64,000 nt of DNA from Eledone cirrhosa (taxonomy: Eukaryota). The notes beneath the pieces were generated by a model that was not told where the DNA came from, made no database searches, and saw only the letters and a program-made list of their open reading frames with translations. The position numbers and the translations under genes were made by a program. The stretch spans positions 209,126,001 to 209,190,000 of the forward strand of contig OZ024740.1 of the NCBI GenBank assembly GCA_964016885.1, given 5' to 3'. Positions 1-15,200 of this stretch are shown one piece after another (positions within the stretch are counted from its first letter, which is position 1; the number at the start of each line of letters is the position of its first letter).

Positions 1-339
1 CGTGTCTTGCTCACACAGAACTGTTTCTGGCTTGGTTTCTACAGATGGATGCCCTTCCTAACACCAACCACATTTACAGTGTCGACTGGGTCTCTTTTAT
101 TGTGGCACCAAAGAGTAAAGGTACTATAAACATTTGAGTTAAAAAACCTGCTTTTAGATATTTTCTGCTAAATCTACAAATTAAGAGTTAAACAAGGAAC
201 TTTATACATCATACTTCAGTAGCTGCTTTTGAGACCCATGTCAAGCCTGACCGAGCAAACCTATGATGAAAGATATTCAAACTTTAACCCTGTAAAAAAT
301 CAGCAAAATTCATGACTGTATTTTGGCCGATTTTTGTTT

Positions 340-1275
340 TACAGCTGGATACCCTTCCTAACACTAACCACGTTGACAGTGTGGAACTGGGTGGTTAGCA
401 TTATGAGAGTGATCTGGCCATTTGGTTGTGCCGTACCCTGCACATAATCGGATCCGTAATTGGGAGCTGAGATAGACCCATAATGAGGTTGGTCTGGCCA
501 GTTGGTCGCGTCAAACATTGCTCATAGTGGGGGCCTGTGTTTTGGCTGAGGATTTTTGCAGCTGCTAGATGCTCTTCATAAACACCAACCACATTTATAT
601 GCGCTGAACCTTGCTCATATGGGACCGTGCCTTGGCTGGGTTCTTGCAACTGCTAGATGTCCTTCCTAACAGCAACCACATTTACAGCATGGATCTGCGT
701 GTTCCCGTTATGGAGGGGGTCTTGCCAGTTGGCCATGCCAGACCGTGCACATATGGAATCACATTTTTGCTGGATATTTGAGATAGCTCGGATCTGTTGA
801 CCACACTGTACTCTGCTCATAGCAGGGCCTTGTTTTGGCTGGGATTTTTACTGCTGCTGGATGCCTTTCCTAACACCAACCACATTTACAGTGTGGGATT
901 TGGTGGTTACACTTATAAGGCAAGTCTGGCCAATTAGCCACACCATACCTTGCTCATATGGGACAGTGTCTTGGCTAGGCTCTTACAGCTGCTAGGTGCC
1001 CTTCCTAGCAGCAACCTTGTTTACACTGTGGAACTGCATGTTCCTGTTATGAGGAGGGACTTGCCAGTTGACCATGTCAGACCTAGCTCATTCAGGACTA
1101 CATTTTGGCTGGGTTTTTACAGCTGCTGGATGCCCTTCCTAACACAAACTACGTTTACAGTGTGGAACTGGTTGGTCCTACACTTGAGGCTTGTCTGGCC
1201 AGTTGACCATGCTGTACCTAGCTCACACTGGGCTCTGTTTTGCCTGCTCAATGTCCTTCCTTAACACCAACCATG
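340..1275 (-). repeat. Degenerate tandem array (~125-135 bp units) built from the RTE/SINE 3' module
   Basis: Recurring gctggatgcccttcctaacaccaaccacatttacagtgtgg...ctggccagttgaccatg...gctcat. Confidence 0.8.
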
Positions 1276-1299
1276 TATATGTATATGTATATATATATA

Positions 1300-1495
1300 T
1301 TGTATAGAAATGACTTCTACAGCACTAGAACTGTTTCGTTTGTATGAAATCATCAGTAATTCATGATGATTTCATATGAATGAGATTGTTCTAGTCCTGT
1401 AAAAGTTATTTCTATACAAAATGAATATGCTTATTCTCTACTAATGTATTAAATGTGTTTTTTTCCAATCCACTTCAGAAAACCATCCTTGGTTG
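1300..1495 (+). mobile_element. Decayed palindromic element (1300-1419) with hammerhead-like core and tail
   Basis: ~55-bp imperfect arms. Minus strand CTGATGA-N12-GAAAC-AG..CT-GTA. Follows (TA)n. Confidence 0.7.
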
Positions 1496-4400
1496 TGTGA
1501 ATGTGTATGTGTGTATCTATATACATTTTTAACCTTTTCAGATAGGTTTGTGTTTTAAATAAAATTAAAGTTCCTATTGTATGGCAAGTCTAAAGTTTTT
1601 GGTTATCTTTTATTACAAATAATCAATATAGATGAATAATGAGTTTATATAATTTTGTGAGATTCCTAATTATCTAACTTGTAGCTGACTAAAGCAAGAG
1701 AATGGTATCTCATATCAAAAATATACTGTATAATTCTTCAGATACAATATAAATTCACAATGGGTCTACAATTAAGATGATCCACAACTGACCACATGGT
1801 TACATGTTCAAATCTTACTAGAAGCTAATGTTGTATTCCTGGAAAAAGACATGTTCCTCCAGTTTATTTTGTTCCACCCAAATGTCAGAAGGGAGGGCTT
1901 CCATGCAAACATGGAAGAAAAATACAAATTTATTACCTGAGAGGCCAGCACCATGATCATTAACTGTCTCTAATAAAAGACACTGCCTATGGTTTGCAAT
2001 TATTCTTTTAAATAATCAAAAATTTGAATGGGATTTAATAATATAAATAAATAACTTTCTTATTAAGTTGGTGTTTAGAACATAACTCCAGAAAAAGTTC
2101 TTACAAAAAATTGTAATAGATGGTTTAACATTTAAACCAGTTGTATCTGGCCAAAATTCTCTCACTTCTTTCAGTTCAAACCAGCCGTAACTAGTCACTC
2201 ATACTGATGTTAAGGTATTGTTATCAAAATAGATAATATCAAAATCTCATAGATTCGATATGTGAGATAAAGCCTTTACTACAAAATTACAATAGTATAT
2301 ATAAAACAAATGGTTCTTTATTATAAAACCAGGGGCAGTTTCAGGCAGGTTGGTATAAAAAGGATTAAATCTAACACTTCTGAAACATATACTAAATAGT
2401 TGGCTGATTACTGTAAATTAAACATATGCCTATTAAAGCCTGACACCACACCTGGTTCTATGATACAACAGTGTTTATTTTAAAATGCTTATAATTTATT
2501 TACAAACCTCCCAGTATAATTTAAGAGAACCTTTAACTTATGCTCCAAACACTAGCTTGATAATGAGAAAGTTATTTTACCAAATTCCTCCCAAAACTTG
2601 ATTTTCAAAATAATTTGTAAATCACAGACAGTTATCGTTCATTAGAAATATGATAATGAAAAGGTTAAATTACCTATGTGTTGTTGTTTTTATTTAACTA
2701 TATAATCAATGCTGTAATGTCACTAATGTCAGGCTGTGTCTACTAAATTTTATGCTTGTATTTCGATAAATATTAAATTATTTTCTGTACAAAATAGAGA
2801 CATTACATTGAATAAGACAAAGAAACTAATGATAATCACTGGAGTTCAAGGAGAATAATATTATAAGGAATCAGTGAAAGAGATGGTATGTTGTGCATTG
2901 GTATGAAGCACCTATTGGCAATAATAGATATTTCTTCCTAGTACATACTGGCACACTTCAATCTAATGCTGTCTCTCAAATTGCTTTTTACTGTTATATA
3001 TATCAAACAACATTCTTAGTGCTGGTGCTTAGATAAAATGCACCAAAGACACTCTGTAAAGTGATTGGTATTAGAAAGGTCTTGCAGCAATAGAAACCAC
3101 GTTAAAAAGGGTTGAGACGACCTTCCAGTCATGACACAACCTCTCTAGTGCTAGTGCCACAAATAACACACACAGTACAACTTGTAAGGTAGTTGGTGAT
3201 AGGAAAGGATTCCAGCTGTAGAAAACATGCTAAAAAATGGCTGGGGTGGGACTCTTCAGCTGTGTCAAAAATATGATAGCCTATCTAGTGTTGGGGGATC
3301 AACATTGATTAACACACCAAGTACACTGTAAAGTGGTTGGTAATAAAAAAGGCATCCAGCCATAGAAAACCTGGAAGACTCTTCAGCTGTGTCAACAGCA
3401 TGACAACTTCCCTAGTGCTGGTGCCATAATAAAATGCATTCAATAGAATATGAGAACATATGTAAGCAAGATGCAGATCTTTGGAGTGTCAGAGAGGTCA
3501 GTAGCTCCATTTAAATACTACCTTAGTCTGTTACGACCCATCCAACCCCTGCTAGTCTGTTACGACCCATCCAACCCCTGCTAGCAGGGAAAATAGATGT
3601 TAAATGATGATTTTTATATTTCTTAATGTAGTTGCTGTAAGGAATATACAGATGTTTTACAGTTTGCAAACATTATCAAATACTGATTTTTAAAACGCAG
3701 AATAGTATGAGGTGATGATTTATATGACTGGCATTTCCTTGCAAGTTACACCACATGGCTAGTTACAGATGTGATCATCTATTAGTTGCAAGTAACAGCC
3801 ACTTATAGATAGATATTAAATGAGTTGCATGTGTGTATGCATGCGCGCGCTTACACGACGTATAGTTGTGTGGTTAAGAAATTAATTTTGCACCCACGTG
3901 GTTATGGGCTCCATCCTATTGCGCAACACATTGGACGAGTCTCTTTTATTGTTGTAGCCTCAGACCGATCAATACCTTGTGAGTGAATTTGGTAGGCTGA
4001 AACAGTTAACAACAAACCTGTCGTGTTTATATCAGTTTACTGCATGCGGATTAATATCGACAAGGGAGGAAGCAACTGGTGTTGTTTGTTTATGTCGTGC
4101 AGTATAACAGTTCGACTGTATATATCTTTTTTATAACTTAAGTATGGCGTCAGGAAGGGCATTTAAGGTGCAGAAAAAAAAAAGCTTTCTCAAAAACATT
4201 TTCATCCAACTCAAATAATTTTGAAAATAATTAGTAATTTAGAAAGATTTAACTTGCTCGTTATTAAGCTATTGTTTGGAACATAACTTAGTTGTTTTTT
4301 TACGTAAAAAAAACTTTTAGAAGGTTTTAATTTAAATATTATAGAACAGAACCATGGATGGTTTGGGAGTAAAAGAGGTTAGCCTTATTGAAACCCAGCC

Positions 4401-4503
4401 CTTTCATAAATTCGATTGTCTCCAGTCTGACAACTCGTTATCATGCTCTGCTTTCTACTGCAACAACACATTTTGTGGTTTCTTCCTCTCTTTATCTTCT
4501 TAC

Positions 4504-4560
4504 CCATAGCACTAGTATCGGAAGCCCGGTAGAAGGTCATGTGCGCTGCCCTTCCCTTTT
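4504..4560 (-). other. Possible first exon of a minus-strand gene (MTFYRASDTSAM-G|gtaaga)
   Basis: CpG-containing unique stretch, ATG at 4540, donor at 4503. No recognisable downstream exon. Confidence 0.25.
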
Positions 4561-5477
4561 TGACTAAGCCATAACAAAACGAAAAGATAAAAACATTTAA
4601 ACAACAGAGAAAGTTGGTTGTAAACTTGAGCCATCAATGCAGCATCGTATATTTAATTCTTCCTTGTTTTAATTTTAATATAAATTAAATCCGCACAATC
4701 AGCTTGCTGCTGCTGTACAAATGTCCCATTCGAAACCAATTTTGTACATTATTCCAGCTGTTTTAGGTCAACTCTAACTATTTGCTCCATAATATTTGGC
4801 CTACTTTAGTTCCGGTTAGCATTAACTAACTCGCTTGTTTACACTCACTTTTCTCCACCAACTATTTTCGTTACGTATCTATCCATACACCAGTTCACAC
4901 TTATTTCATTTTTTTTAGAGTATTGAAACTTCTTTTTAGTCATTTTATTTTCGTATTTTGCTTATGCAGCCTGTAAGCTTTCTTTTCATATACCGCACCC
5001 CTAATGCATTACTACTATGACAAGTGTGCCAGCGAAGGAGCCTCTACATGGTCGTTTGATCTGATAAAATAGCAGCCAAATATCATTTAAACCACTCAAC
5101 TGTTTTAAAATAGGAAACACATTGTATAACATAGTCCTAGATAGACTGTTTAAAAAGATGAGAAAATCATTTCTAAAATGCATAGGCCCTACTTATTCAA
5201 GGCCGACCGAGATAAACAAAACTATGACAAGCTCCTTTTTTTTTAATTGTTCAACTCAGGTGATAGCCCATTTACTCTTAGTTTTCATTTCTATTGGGAT
5301 TTTTTTATGTCGTCATAGATATTTAAAGAAAATGTAAGCTGTATGAAGAAGAGATCCCTCCCATAACTCACTGAAATTAACTTGAACTTGTTAAAAGCAA
5401 TAGATAAATGCAAAGAAGACAAACTACACCATTTTAACAGTTTTTGTGACTCAACCAATTCATGACTTTCTATTCAT

Positions 5478-5775
5478 AATTGTTTCTACTTTTGGCACAA
5501 GGCCAGCAATTATCCCAGTGCATTACTGGTACTTTATTTTATCGACCCCATAAGGATGAAAGGCAAAGTAAACCTCGGCGGGATTTGAACTCAGAATGGC
5601 AAGGACCGTAACTCTATGCGTCAAAGCATGGCGTCCGACCCTCTACCGATACTGCCAATCCACTATTCATAATTGTTTCTACTTTTGGCACAAGGCCAGC
5701 AATAACCCAGTACATTACTAGTACTTTATTTTATCGACCCCGTAAGGATGAAAGGCAAAGTTAACCTCAGCGGGA
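5478..5775 (-). mobile_element. Tandem SINE pair of the same family (one full-length, one 5'-truncated)
   Basis: Two copies of aattgtttctacttttggcacaagg...; ctattcataat duplicated around the first. Confidence 0.9.
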
Positions 5776-6870
5776 TAGTCTATGTGTGGAAATAACGAAT
5801 CTTTTTTTTAATTTTAACATCTCCATATTTCCAGTTTTTTTATTTATTTATTATATTTAGATTGCAACTGTCTAAAAAGAAATTCCTATTTAGCTTTGTT
5901 GTGAGAGCTTCAAGGATTAGAATGTAGAACAGTAAAAGCAGACACTGCAAATATATTATTAAAAATTGAATTTTTCTATCTTACGTAGTAATCTAATCAA
6001 TAAACTTTATAGATTAACCAAAAAAAATATACTGCTATTCTACAATTATTTAATTATTCTTGCAACAACGTCCAGTCTCTCATATTGATATTTACAGAAC
6101 TGTAGGCTGTGGTTGATATTGCTTACGACTAGATATATAATTTATCCAACTTAAGGTTTCACACTGTCTGCATTTACAGGGATGTCATTCTAGACAAAAA
6201 TGTTCAGTCTCCAGTATTTTAAGGCCTGTTCCCCTGCTTACATGAGAAACTAACTTTGCGGGTCCCGTGATAGACTTCATAACTGCCGGATAACCTTTCT
6301 GGTGTCAGCTTTTTCAGTCACCTCTTGCAACACGCAGGGATACGTTGTACTTATTCTAAACCAGATACACACATCATCCATTCTATTATTATACATCTTA
6401 CACATAAGTAAGACGTGTATGCCTTTACAAATACAAAAGCACAGATACACACACGACTATATACACTATTATAGTTTCAGGTTTATTCCAGTGTAGTACT
6501 AACGAGGAATTTTGTTTTGGCCTTTGACCTGGACATTAAGCGGTCATTTGAAATATATTTATCAGTAAGGGTCATTTTTAAAATAAGAAATTGTTAACTT
6601 CGAAAATTGCATTGAATTATAAAGTGAAGACGTGTGATCTTATGGTTAGGTTGCTGGGCTCACAATTGTAAGGTCGTGGGTTCCTTTAAATAAGACTTTT
6701 CATTTGACAGTACTCCAGTCGATTAAAAAAATGAATACCTGTAGCAGCTGGAAGTAAACCTTGTAACGGACTAGTGTTCGTTCTAGTGAGGGTTTTTTTT
6801 ACTCTGTCCCTTAACTCCATATGAAACAGGGATAAACTCTGGCCTGATGATGATCTAGGCTAGACAGAGT

Positions 6871-7143
6871 TTAACCCTTTCATTAGCCTACTTATAATAA
6901 AACAAACATAATAGAAGATTCGAAGAAATTTATGAAAATTATTAATTATTTGCTTATTAAGATGGTATTTGTAACAACTTAACATGGTTCTTATAACAAA
7001 TTATGTTGGAAAGTTTTAATTTAAATGAGAAACTTTTAGAATGGGTGGTTTTGTTTCATCAAACTAGGGGTAGTTCTGTTTCATCGTAGAATGGATGGTT
7101 TTGTTTCATCGAACCAGAGGTAGTTTGGTATCAAAAGGATTAA
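6871..7143. mobile_element. Older TTAA-ended MITE family (relics also at ~2430-2667, ~32625-33326, ~44023-44212, ~50920-51183)
   Basis: ttaaccctttc ... ggtatcaaaaggattaa; shared AT-rich interior. Confidence 0.6.
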
Positions 7144-10116
7144 ATTTGAATTAGAAATCTAAGAATGAATCGTATTTCAATTAAATTCGTGATTAGTTTC
7201 TTATTTGTTGATATTTAAATATTAAATTCCAGTTAGTACTTGGTAAAACCAGTTTTATATTTGTTATATACTTTATGGGGAAGGGAAAATAAGTTTATAT
7301 ACAAATATTATAATCAAAGCAAACATGGTTGAGGAGTTTGCTTTGCAACCACAACATGCCAACCTCTAAAACCCCAAATGAGGAATACCATGTAAAAAGT
7401 GCCCCAAAACGGGGAGAAATGAGGAGATCTTACATAATGAAAGCTATAACCTTTTTCATAAGAGAAGACATCTCTCACCCACCCCAAAGTGGGTGGGAGA
7501 TCTCCCCGTCGGAAGGAGAGAGTTGACAGGTCTGCAACCATGAGGATTCAGGCTTACTACATGATACCTAGGGCAAATGTCTTCTATAGCCTCAGGTTGA
7601 CCAATATCTGGTGAGTGAATTTCAGTAATGCAGAATCTGAATTTCAGTAATTCAGAAATGCAGAAGCCTGTCATGTATGTGTGTGTGTGTATGTATATAT
7701 ATATAGTTGACGGCTGAAAGAAAAGAATAGTGAATACTGAAGTATACCATTCTTGTTTAATGACCCTGTAAGAAGCAGGCAAAGTTCCAGAGTTTCCAAA
7801 AGATCTGTTCAACCCATGTAAGCATTGAAAAGCAGGCATAAAAGAGTAGTGATGATAATGATCAAAACATTACTATTTCATCTGATGAATGAGCTGGACA
7901 TTTCTGTAAGGATCGTCTAGTTTCCTGAAACCTTTAGTAATGGAATAATTATATTGTGTTGTTTATTATGTAATTAAATAATATATATATATATATTGAG
8001 TTGATCCCAAGCAGTATGAGTGAAATTAGGTAGATGAAAATTGTATGTTTGCTAGATTGGACTTGTTCTTCAGTGGTAGACTTAATTCATTGCCTAGATT
8101 AACACCACCACCTGGAGTTTAGATACTTTTACAGAGATCTTGCAAGAAAGAAAAAAAAGGTCATAAATGCTATATTTCATCTTCTGGCTATGCAGTAAAG
8201 ACAATAACAAAGTAAAATATATGTTCATAATTATCAGGTAATTAATCCTTATTCTTTTAAGATCCATTTGTTCAAACATTTCAGTCTCATCTGAAGCTTA
8301 ATTTTCTCAAATTTGTCCCAACCAACTTCATTTTAAAACTCTTAATGTCCTGTACTGCATCAAGCCACATTAGTGAGACATTCTTGAAAAGTATACAAAA
8401 CAGCACTATGACAGCATCACATGAAAAATTAAAGTATTTACTCTTATACTGTAAATTTTCACAAAAATATGTCCTAGTGAAGATATAAAAATTTGAATTG
8501 AAAATATAAACATTTGAATCCTGATTTTAGATATTTACTGCTAAATTGTTAAAGGATATTAAGACTGACTGCAAATCTAGTTTCAGGTTTTATTAGAAAT
8601 TTCTCTTATGTTGCTTAATTCTCCTTGAAAAAGTAATAACCATCAGAACTTCTCTTCTAGACCCTGTAGATGTGAAACTTTCTGTCTTAGTAAAGAACTT
8701 AACTGGTTCTTAATATATCTAGTATCTTTTTGTGTTGTCATTGGGAATCTCACTCTCTTCTTCACATTTTTTTTTACTCACCCCAAGCAAGGCAATAAAG
8801 CCACTAAAATGCTAGGAGGTACTGAGAAGGGATAATTTAAGGAGAGAGTTGACAATTGATGTTGCTTTTGAATTTTGGGATTTGATACCTCTTCCTGGAT
8901 ACCTTTTCCAGGAGTACTGATTGTAGATGGTGTAGACTTATGTGTACAAATGAAAAAGTTGTAGTGTATTGGACAAGAATTGTTGAATGTGCTGCAACCA
9001 CATGTATGATTACTGTCTTGTCTTGAAATCACATTCAGTTATGTACAACACACTAATATATGGCATCTTTTTAAATCCTGTTCTCTTAGATGCATCATAC
9101 TGAGACATAAGGTGTCTTCTTGAGATCAGTTTCTGTTATCTACACCACACTCACATACTTAGATATAATGTCTTCTCTTAACCACCACATTCACTAATAT
9201 GCATAGGCTGACCAAGATACTCTCATGGAACGACCAAATGAGTTTTATTTTTCAACATAGCCCCTGGAAAAAAATAATGCAGTTATTAATAGAAAGAGTT
9301 GAAATTAATGCATGCAAGATTTCACATCAATCCTTCATAGTCAGTTTATGAAATTTTCAGCCAACCCTCGTATGGTGTCTGTTTGACATCGCTTTCTCTT
9401 AAATCTAATATTCACTGACATATAATGTTTTTCTTCTTAGTTCCAACGCTCACTGAGAAATTGCTTAAGACTACAAACTCAAAGGTCTCAATTTCAACTC
9501 CTTTGTAGGTATTTTGTTGGGATTTTGGCAATGCACTTAGTTTTAGGTTTCTAACTTCACCTAACTGCCATGTATAGATACTACATCATTAGGGAATGTT
9601 ACTTGAGTTATGCTAGACTAGTAACTTCCTATCCAGAAGACAATTTATCCTTCATTCATTTAATAGCTGTGAAACTAAAGTCAAACATTAGGGCTTTGAT
9701 ATGATTTACATTTACTTGCAGCCATTACAAGCATAAGTTAAAAAGAAGCGGCTAGGCACTGAGCTCCTTCTTTTGATGATAAAGCATATATATATACACA
9801 TACATATATATATCTTTTACTGTCAAGGAACGAGGAATGTTAAAATGAACTGAGTTTAATACAGACCATAAGTCAGTAAAACTTTACAATTTAGTATCTA
9901 GATTCCAAGTGTGCTGTATCGCTTGTTCATTTATAACTTATCACACCTACATGAATTAAATATGGCTGTGTAGTTAATAAGTACACTCTGCAACCATATG
10001 GCTTGGGGATCTATTTTCACTGTGCAGCACTTTGGACTTATGTCTTCTATTATATCCTCAGATCAACTAATGCCTTGCGAGCGAATTTGGTAAAGAGAAA
10101 TGCTAAGGAATTCAGT

Positions 10117-10162
<46 letters not shown>

Positions 10163-10163
<1 letters not shown>

Positions 10164-10392
10164 ACATCGTTTTTACATCAGGTTTTCCATGCTTGCATGA
10201 GTTGGACGGGTCCTTCTCAGCACAGCTTCTCTCCAGTCGACACCTTCCTTCGTCATCTCTTCTGTGAGTCTCAGCGATTTGAGGTCAGCTCTCACCACCT
10301 CTGCCCAGGTCTTTCACGGTCTACCTCTACTGCGGCTTCTTTCCACTGAAATTTCCTGGCACTTCTTCACCTATCGGTCATCGTCCATGCAC
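10163..10392 (-). mobile_element. RTE 3' end (related copies at ~34630-34805 and ~36360-36690)
   Basis: Minus strand reads VKKCQEISVERSRSRGRP.KTWAEVVRADLKSL, then the tail. Confidence 0.8.
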
Positions 10393-11344
10393 ACTACTTC
10401 GGATGAGGATATACATATGTATGTATATTTGTATAAATTTCACACATGAACTGAGATCCAACTGCTTAAGTGAAATTTGACTTCGGTATGGGTATCCAAC
10501 CATAGAATTTTGCCACCAGAGCCTCTCGTTCAACATGGAAAAACAGACGTAAAACTGATGATGATGATGATTTTTTTCTTTCTTTTTTCTTCCCAGAGAA
10601 ATCATAATTCAACACTTAACAGTTAACAGTTACTAATCCTTTGCACTTCCCATTTTATAGTAGTAGTAGTATTGCTAAAAGAATATTTTTTTGTACTCAA
10701 GAGAAAACCATGTGCCGATGAGGCAAGCTTGGCATCTCAAATTGCTTCCAACCTCTAGTCAGTTATTGTGTCATGCCCTTCCTTTTTCTTTGAATGTGCC
10801 TGCATTAAGTCTTCCCTGACTACCCTCATTCACTTTTACTTACTCTGTTCTCCCTGATTTTCTTGTTGCCTCATTGCTTAGATTCTGCCATAAACATTCA
10901 TGACGTCTTTGCTGACATCTTTCTGTTAGGAATCGGCATATATATAACGTATCTTTCGTGTCTGTTTTTAATGATATATATATATATTATGGAATACTGT
11001 TGGCTTTTTGCTACAATATTTTCTAAACCTTTCATTTATATATATACTTATACTTTTTATTTCTTGGCACGAATTTGCATGACTTCAAAGAGGTTCGGTT
11101 TGACTCATGATATTTTTTTCTAAATATGCTAAATGTAAATTGTTGGTTAACGAAACACTTCAAAATCCGTAATCACAAGCAAGATATAAAAAATATGATT
11201 TTCATCATAAAACATTTAAAAATATTTTTTAACAACAATAGCAAAAAAAAACAAAAAAAAACATATATAACATCAAAAGATGTGTTAATTGAAAAAAAAA
11301 ATGTTAAACAAAGCATAAACCACGCAAACGTCGTACAGACTTAC

Positions 11345-11450
11345 ATTCGCGGAGAACCCAATAGACTAAGCTAGACATCAATCGCAAACCGCAACGATGT
11401 CACCAGTCTGAGAGGCTTTGCTAAGGCTATGGTCACTTCCCCTCGTTTTC
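11345..11450 (-). other. Possible non-coding first exon of a divergent minus-strand transcript
   Basis: Locally CpG-rich unique sequence ending in a consensus minus-strand donor |gtaagt, followed by a T-rich tract. Confidence 0.3.
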
Positions 11451-14209
11451 AAACTAAAATATAAAGTAAAAAGGAAAATTTCTTTGGTCACACTTTCTTT
11501 AATTTAATCAATTGTTATTGTTCATTTCCTTTGTCTAATGAAATTATTAGAAAAAAAAAATCTAAAATAGTCTTAAAATTTAATCAGTTATTCATTTGGA
11601 ACCTTTTGAAGTTGTCTCCCTTTGTTTTATTTACTTCCCTTTATTTTTCTGGTTTCTATTTTAACAACATACTTTCTCCCTGTGCTAGAAATAGTTGTTA
11701 AATCTCCCTCAGATTACATGAAATCCTTGATAACACGGCAAAACTACAGTTTAGTGCACCCCCACCTGCCGACATTGCATCTGCATAACTTTCTCGATAA
11801 TGTATATTGTTCATGCATGAATTTGTTAATACAATTTAAAAGAAATATTTTTATTTTTACAATTCATATATTATTAAAACATGTATTATTAAGAGGGGAA
11901 CAATGTCGTTGGAGGCACTTAAATTGTAGTCATGCCTATAATAACAATTACGACTCGAATACCTTTGATCTTAAGTCATAACTGACTTGCAGCTAAATAA
12001 CAACAGGTTTTAACAAACTAGCGAAACTTCACCTATTTCTTACTCTCGCACCATCACATTTTACTTTTTGTCGAATAAGATCTATTAATTACCCGAAATT
12101 CTTGTCGATGTAAGGTTTTCTTTTTAAAGAAATTCTTAAATTTATTGGAATCTATATAATGAATATGATTCACAAAAATAATAAATAAAAATTAGAAATA
12201 AAAACAAGACATGCACTCTACTACGAGGATTGCTGTTGTTTGGCTCCCAAGAGCTATTCCAGCCGTGATCACCCCGTCATTTTTTTAGACAATGTATCCA
12301 AAATGTCGTTCCTTTGTTAAGAATGTGGAACGAGTTTTGAGAGTGATTTTTGTTGCTATTTGTAGCAAGTCTAATCTCTGACTATGTTTAGTTCCGGGTC
12401 AGTCCTATAGTCAAATGCGTTTTAGCTTTGAGTATCCAATTTTCCATTCAGACTGTCTGTCTACACATAATCATAATCGTATGTGTCCTTATTTAAAAGG
12501 CACAATTTAAGGGAGATTTGGCTGCTATTTCTAGCAAGTCGAACGACCAAGCAGAAATTTCCTTGTTGGCTCTGTCAAGTGGTGCATGTGGAAGTAAATT
12601 AAATTGACAACGTAATTGTATGTTTACTACTTGCAGGAACTGATCCAACCAATTCTACTTTCTAAATGCTTTCACTTCATTTTAATCAATTATAAGCTTA
12701 TTTATTTTTCTTATTTCTTTCGGCGTAGATATAGAAGAAAGAGTGCTAATAGGAGTGAGTAATAGGAAAATAATTTCCACTCAATTACAAATAAGGTTAG
12801 GGTCGGCAATATATTAAAATAACATTCGTTCGCTAACGTTTAATGTTCGGATTATCAAAAGGTCTGTGTTTTGATGATGCCTGAATAAAGAGTATACAGT
12901 ATCTATGTGAAAGGGAAATTATCTGTTTGACCCAGTTTATTAATTTCTGTTGTCGGTATCAAAATAAAATACAATACATACTTTACATCAAGTGACATAC
13001 TGACTGAGACAATATGTCAACTCTCGGTTGAAATGTCGTAAGCTGACAGGCGATGCACTGACCATGCTTTGTTCCATTTAGCTGTGGAACCGATTAGAGG
13101 GAGTGCCAGACCAGATATTTACTAGGGAACTCGAGGCATGTTACTATTTTTAAAAAAAATTGTAACATTACAGAAAACATTTTTCTTAAATTACGCTTTA
13201 AAAAAAATTAATTAATTAAATTATACTAGTATCAGGACTCTGTATTTCATGATAATTATTGTTTCTGATTTAGACAAGGCCAAAAGGTCAACAATTTTAA
13301 GGGGAGAGAGAGAGTCAAAGTTGACCTCCGCAGAATTTGAAATCAGAACGTAAAGAGCCAAAATAAATACCGTAAAGCATTTTCTGACACTAACGAATCC
13401 GAGGTTGTTCCATTGAAACTTCACCACCTACGTGCGGTCTCCCATGCTTAAAGCCTACACACACACACACGTGTGTGTATGTGTGTTAAACCAAACTTAT
13501 GTTTTAGCTTGAATTATACTGTGATACAATTACAGCGTGGAAAAGTCATTTTAACCGTTTAAAAATATACATAAATTGTTAACTTTATCATTTATTTCCT
13601 TGCGCTGAAATTTTCGTCGTACTGCCTGCAGCCTGGTTACTAACAGTTCTATTACAATTGTGAAACTGGCCGGTTTTTAAATTGCTAAAAATGACTCTTT
13701 CCATGCAGTAAATTGTTGGCTAAAATTACTCTAAATATTTTAGTTTTAACACACGGTCTCAGATCAAGTCACTTGTTAGACAAAGTATATCTCTGAGACT
13801 AGGATATTTTTATATCTCTCACTTGGCTATCCTCGCTTCTGCTTACTTGATAATAGTGTGGATGTGACCACCTGTTAATTGTCATTGAACTTATCAGTTT
13901 ATACTTTTCTCTGGCATATATGAGAAGTTTAGGATAGTTCCTGCATTACGTCCTTGAGTTCCTTTGTGTAAAAACCTTAATAAAATATGCCTAGACTTCG
14001 TTCATATTATCTACACTCATATAAAATTACTATGGTGCTTCCCTTACAGCGTCAATAGGATTCTTCTTCATATCGATTATTAATTAATGTGTTGGTCGTC
14101 TCCTATTTTAGCATCATATTGAAACGAAAGTGATTTTTTTTTAGAAATTTAAAGAAAACAAATATTTAAGAAGGCGGATATAGAAACGACAAACTATACT
14201 GGGTTCCTG

Positions 14210-14248
<39 letters not shown>

Positions 14249-15103
14249 GTGTGTGTGTATGTGCATTTTTCTTTAAATTTTATTTGCATTTCGAACGCCC
14301 GCTATTATACGAAATAGCAAAAAAGCCATCCAGCCGAGGCCATCCAGATATAGTATGCATAGATTTTTTTTTATTGCAGAGTCCATGCTGTATCAGATAT
14401 TATGAATTTTAAAAATGTATTGGTTACATTTAACATGAACCAAAATGAAACTAATTTAATTTAAAAAAAAACAAAAAACGACTGGATTCATAAAACGGTA
14501 AACAAAATGATTTGCGGTATTTAGTTACGTTTTATGTTCCAGCTTCGAAACCTGCCATGGTCGTCTTTGCCTTTAATTCTGGGGTCAATAAATTAAGTAC
14601 CAGCGAAGTAGTTGGTCTATATAATCGACCATATACTCTTCAAAAATATATAACCATGCGCCTGTTAAAAATCAGTGTTATCTTTAAAACAATTTAGTAA
14701 ACAGGAATAATTCGTCTCAATTAGATTGAAATAGGGGTTTATATTTCAATTACAATACGAAACTCTTAGTACTCAACTTACATAATGCAAAAATACCTAC
14801 CGTATACACACCCACCCGCATACCTACGCAACACCCACCCACACGCACTCCCACGCAACACCCACCCACACGCACTCCCACGCAACACACGCAGATATAT
14901 ATATCATCATCATCATTTAACGTCCATTTTCCACGTTAGTATGGGTATATATATATATACACACACACACACACATGCATGCACATATTATATATATATA
15001 TATATACATACGTTGGTTGATCAATTAATCGACCGGTTGTAGTGTAAACAGACGTAAGCACTCCACGACGTGGGTTCCTTAAGGTATCAGACGGAGTGTC
15101 AAT

Positions 15104-15200
15104 ATTATAAACAAGAGAGGCGGTTTTAAGTATACATCCTCTGTTATTGTATAATAAACATAGGATGTATACAAACCGTTTCTCTTTATATATATATAAT
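15104..15200. repeat. Imperfect palindrome next to a TA tract
   Basis: agagaggcggttt..gtatacatcct / aggatgtatac.aaaccgtttctct. Confidence 0.7.

Noticed and set aside
8778-9032. 84-aa minus-strand ORF ending at a gtgagt donor-like site
   Set aside because: No recognisable protein, non-ATG start, no convincing acceptor; partly resembles decayed repeat.
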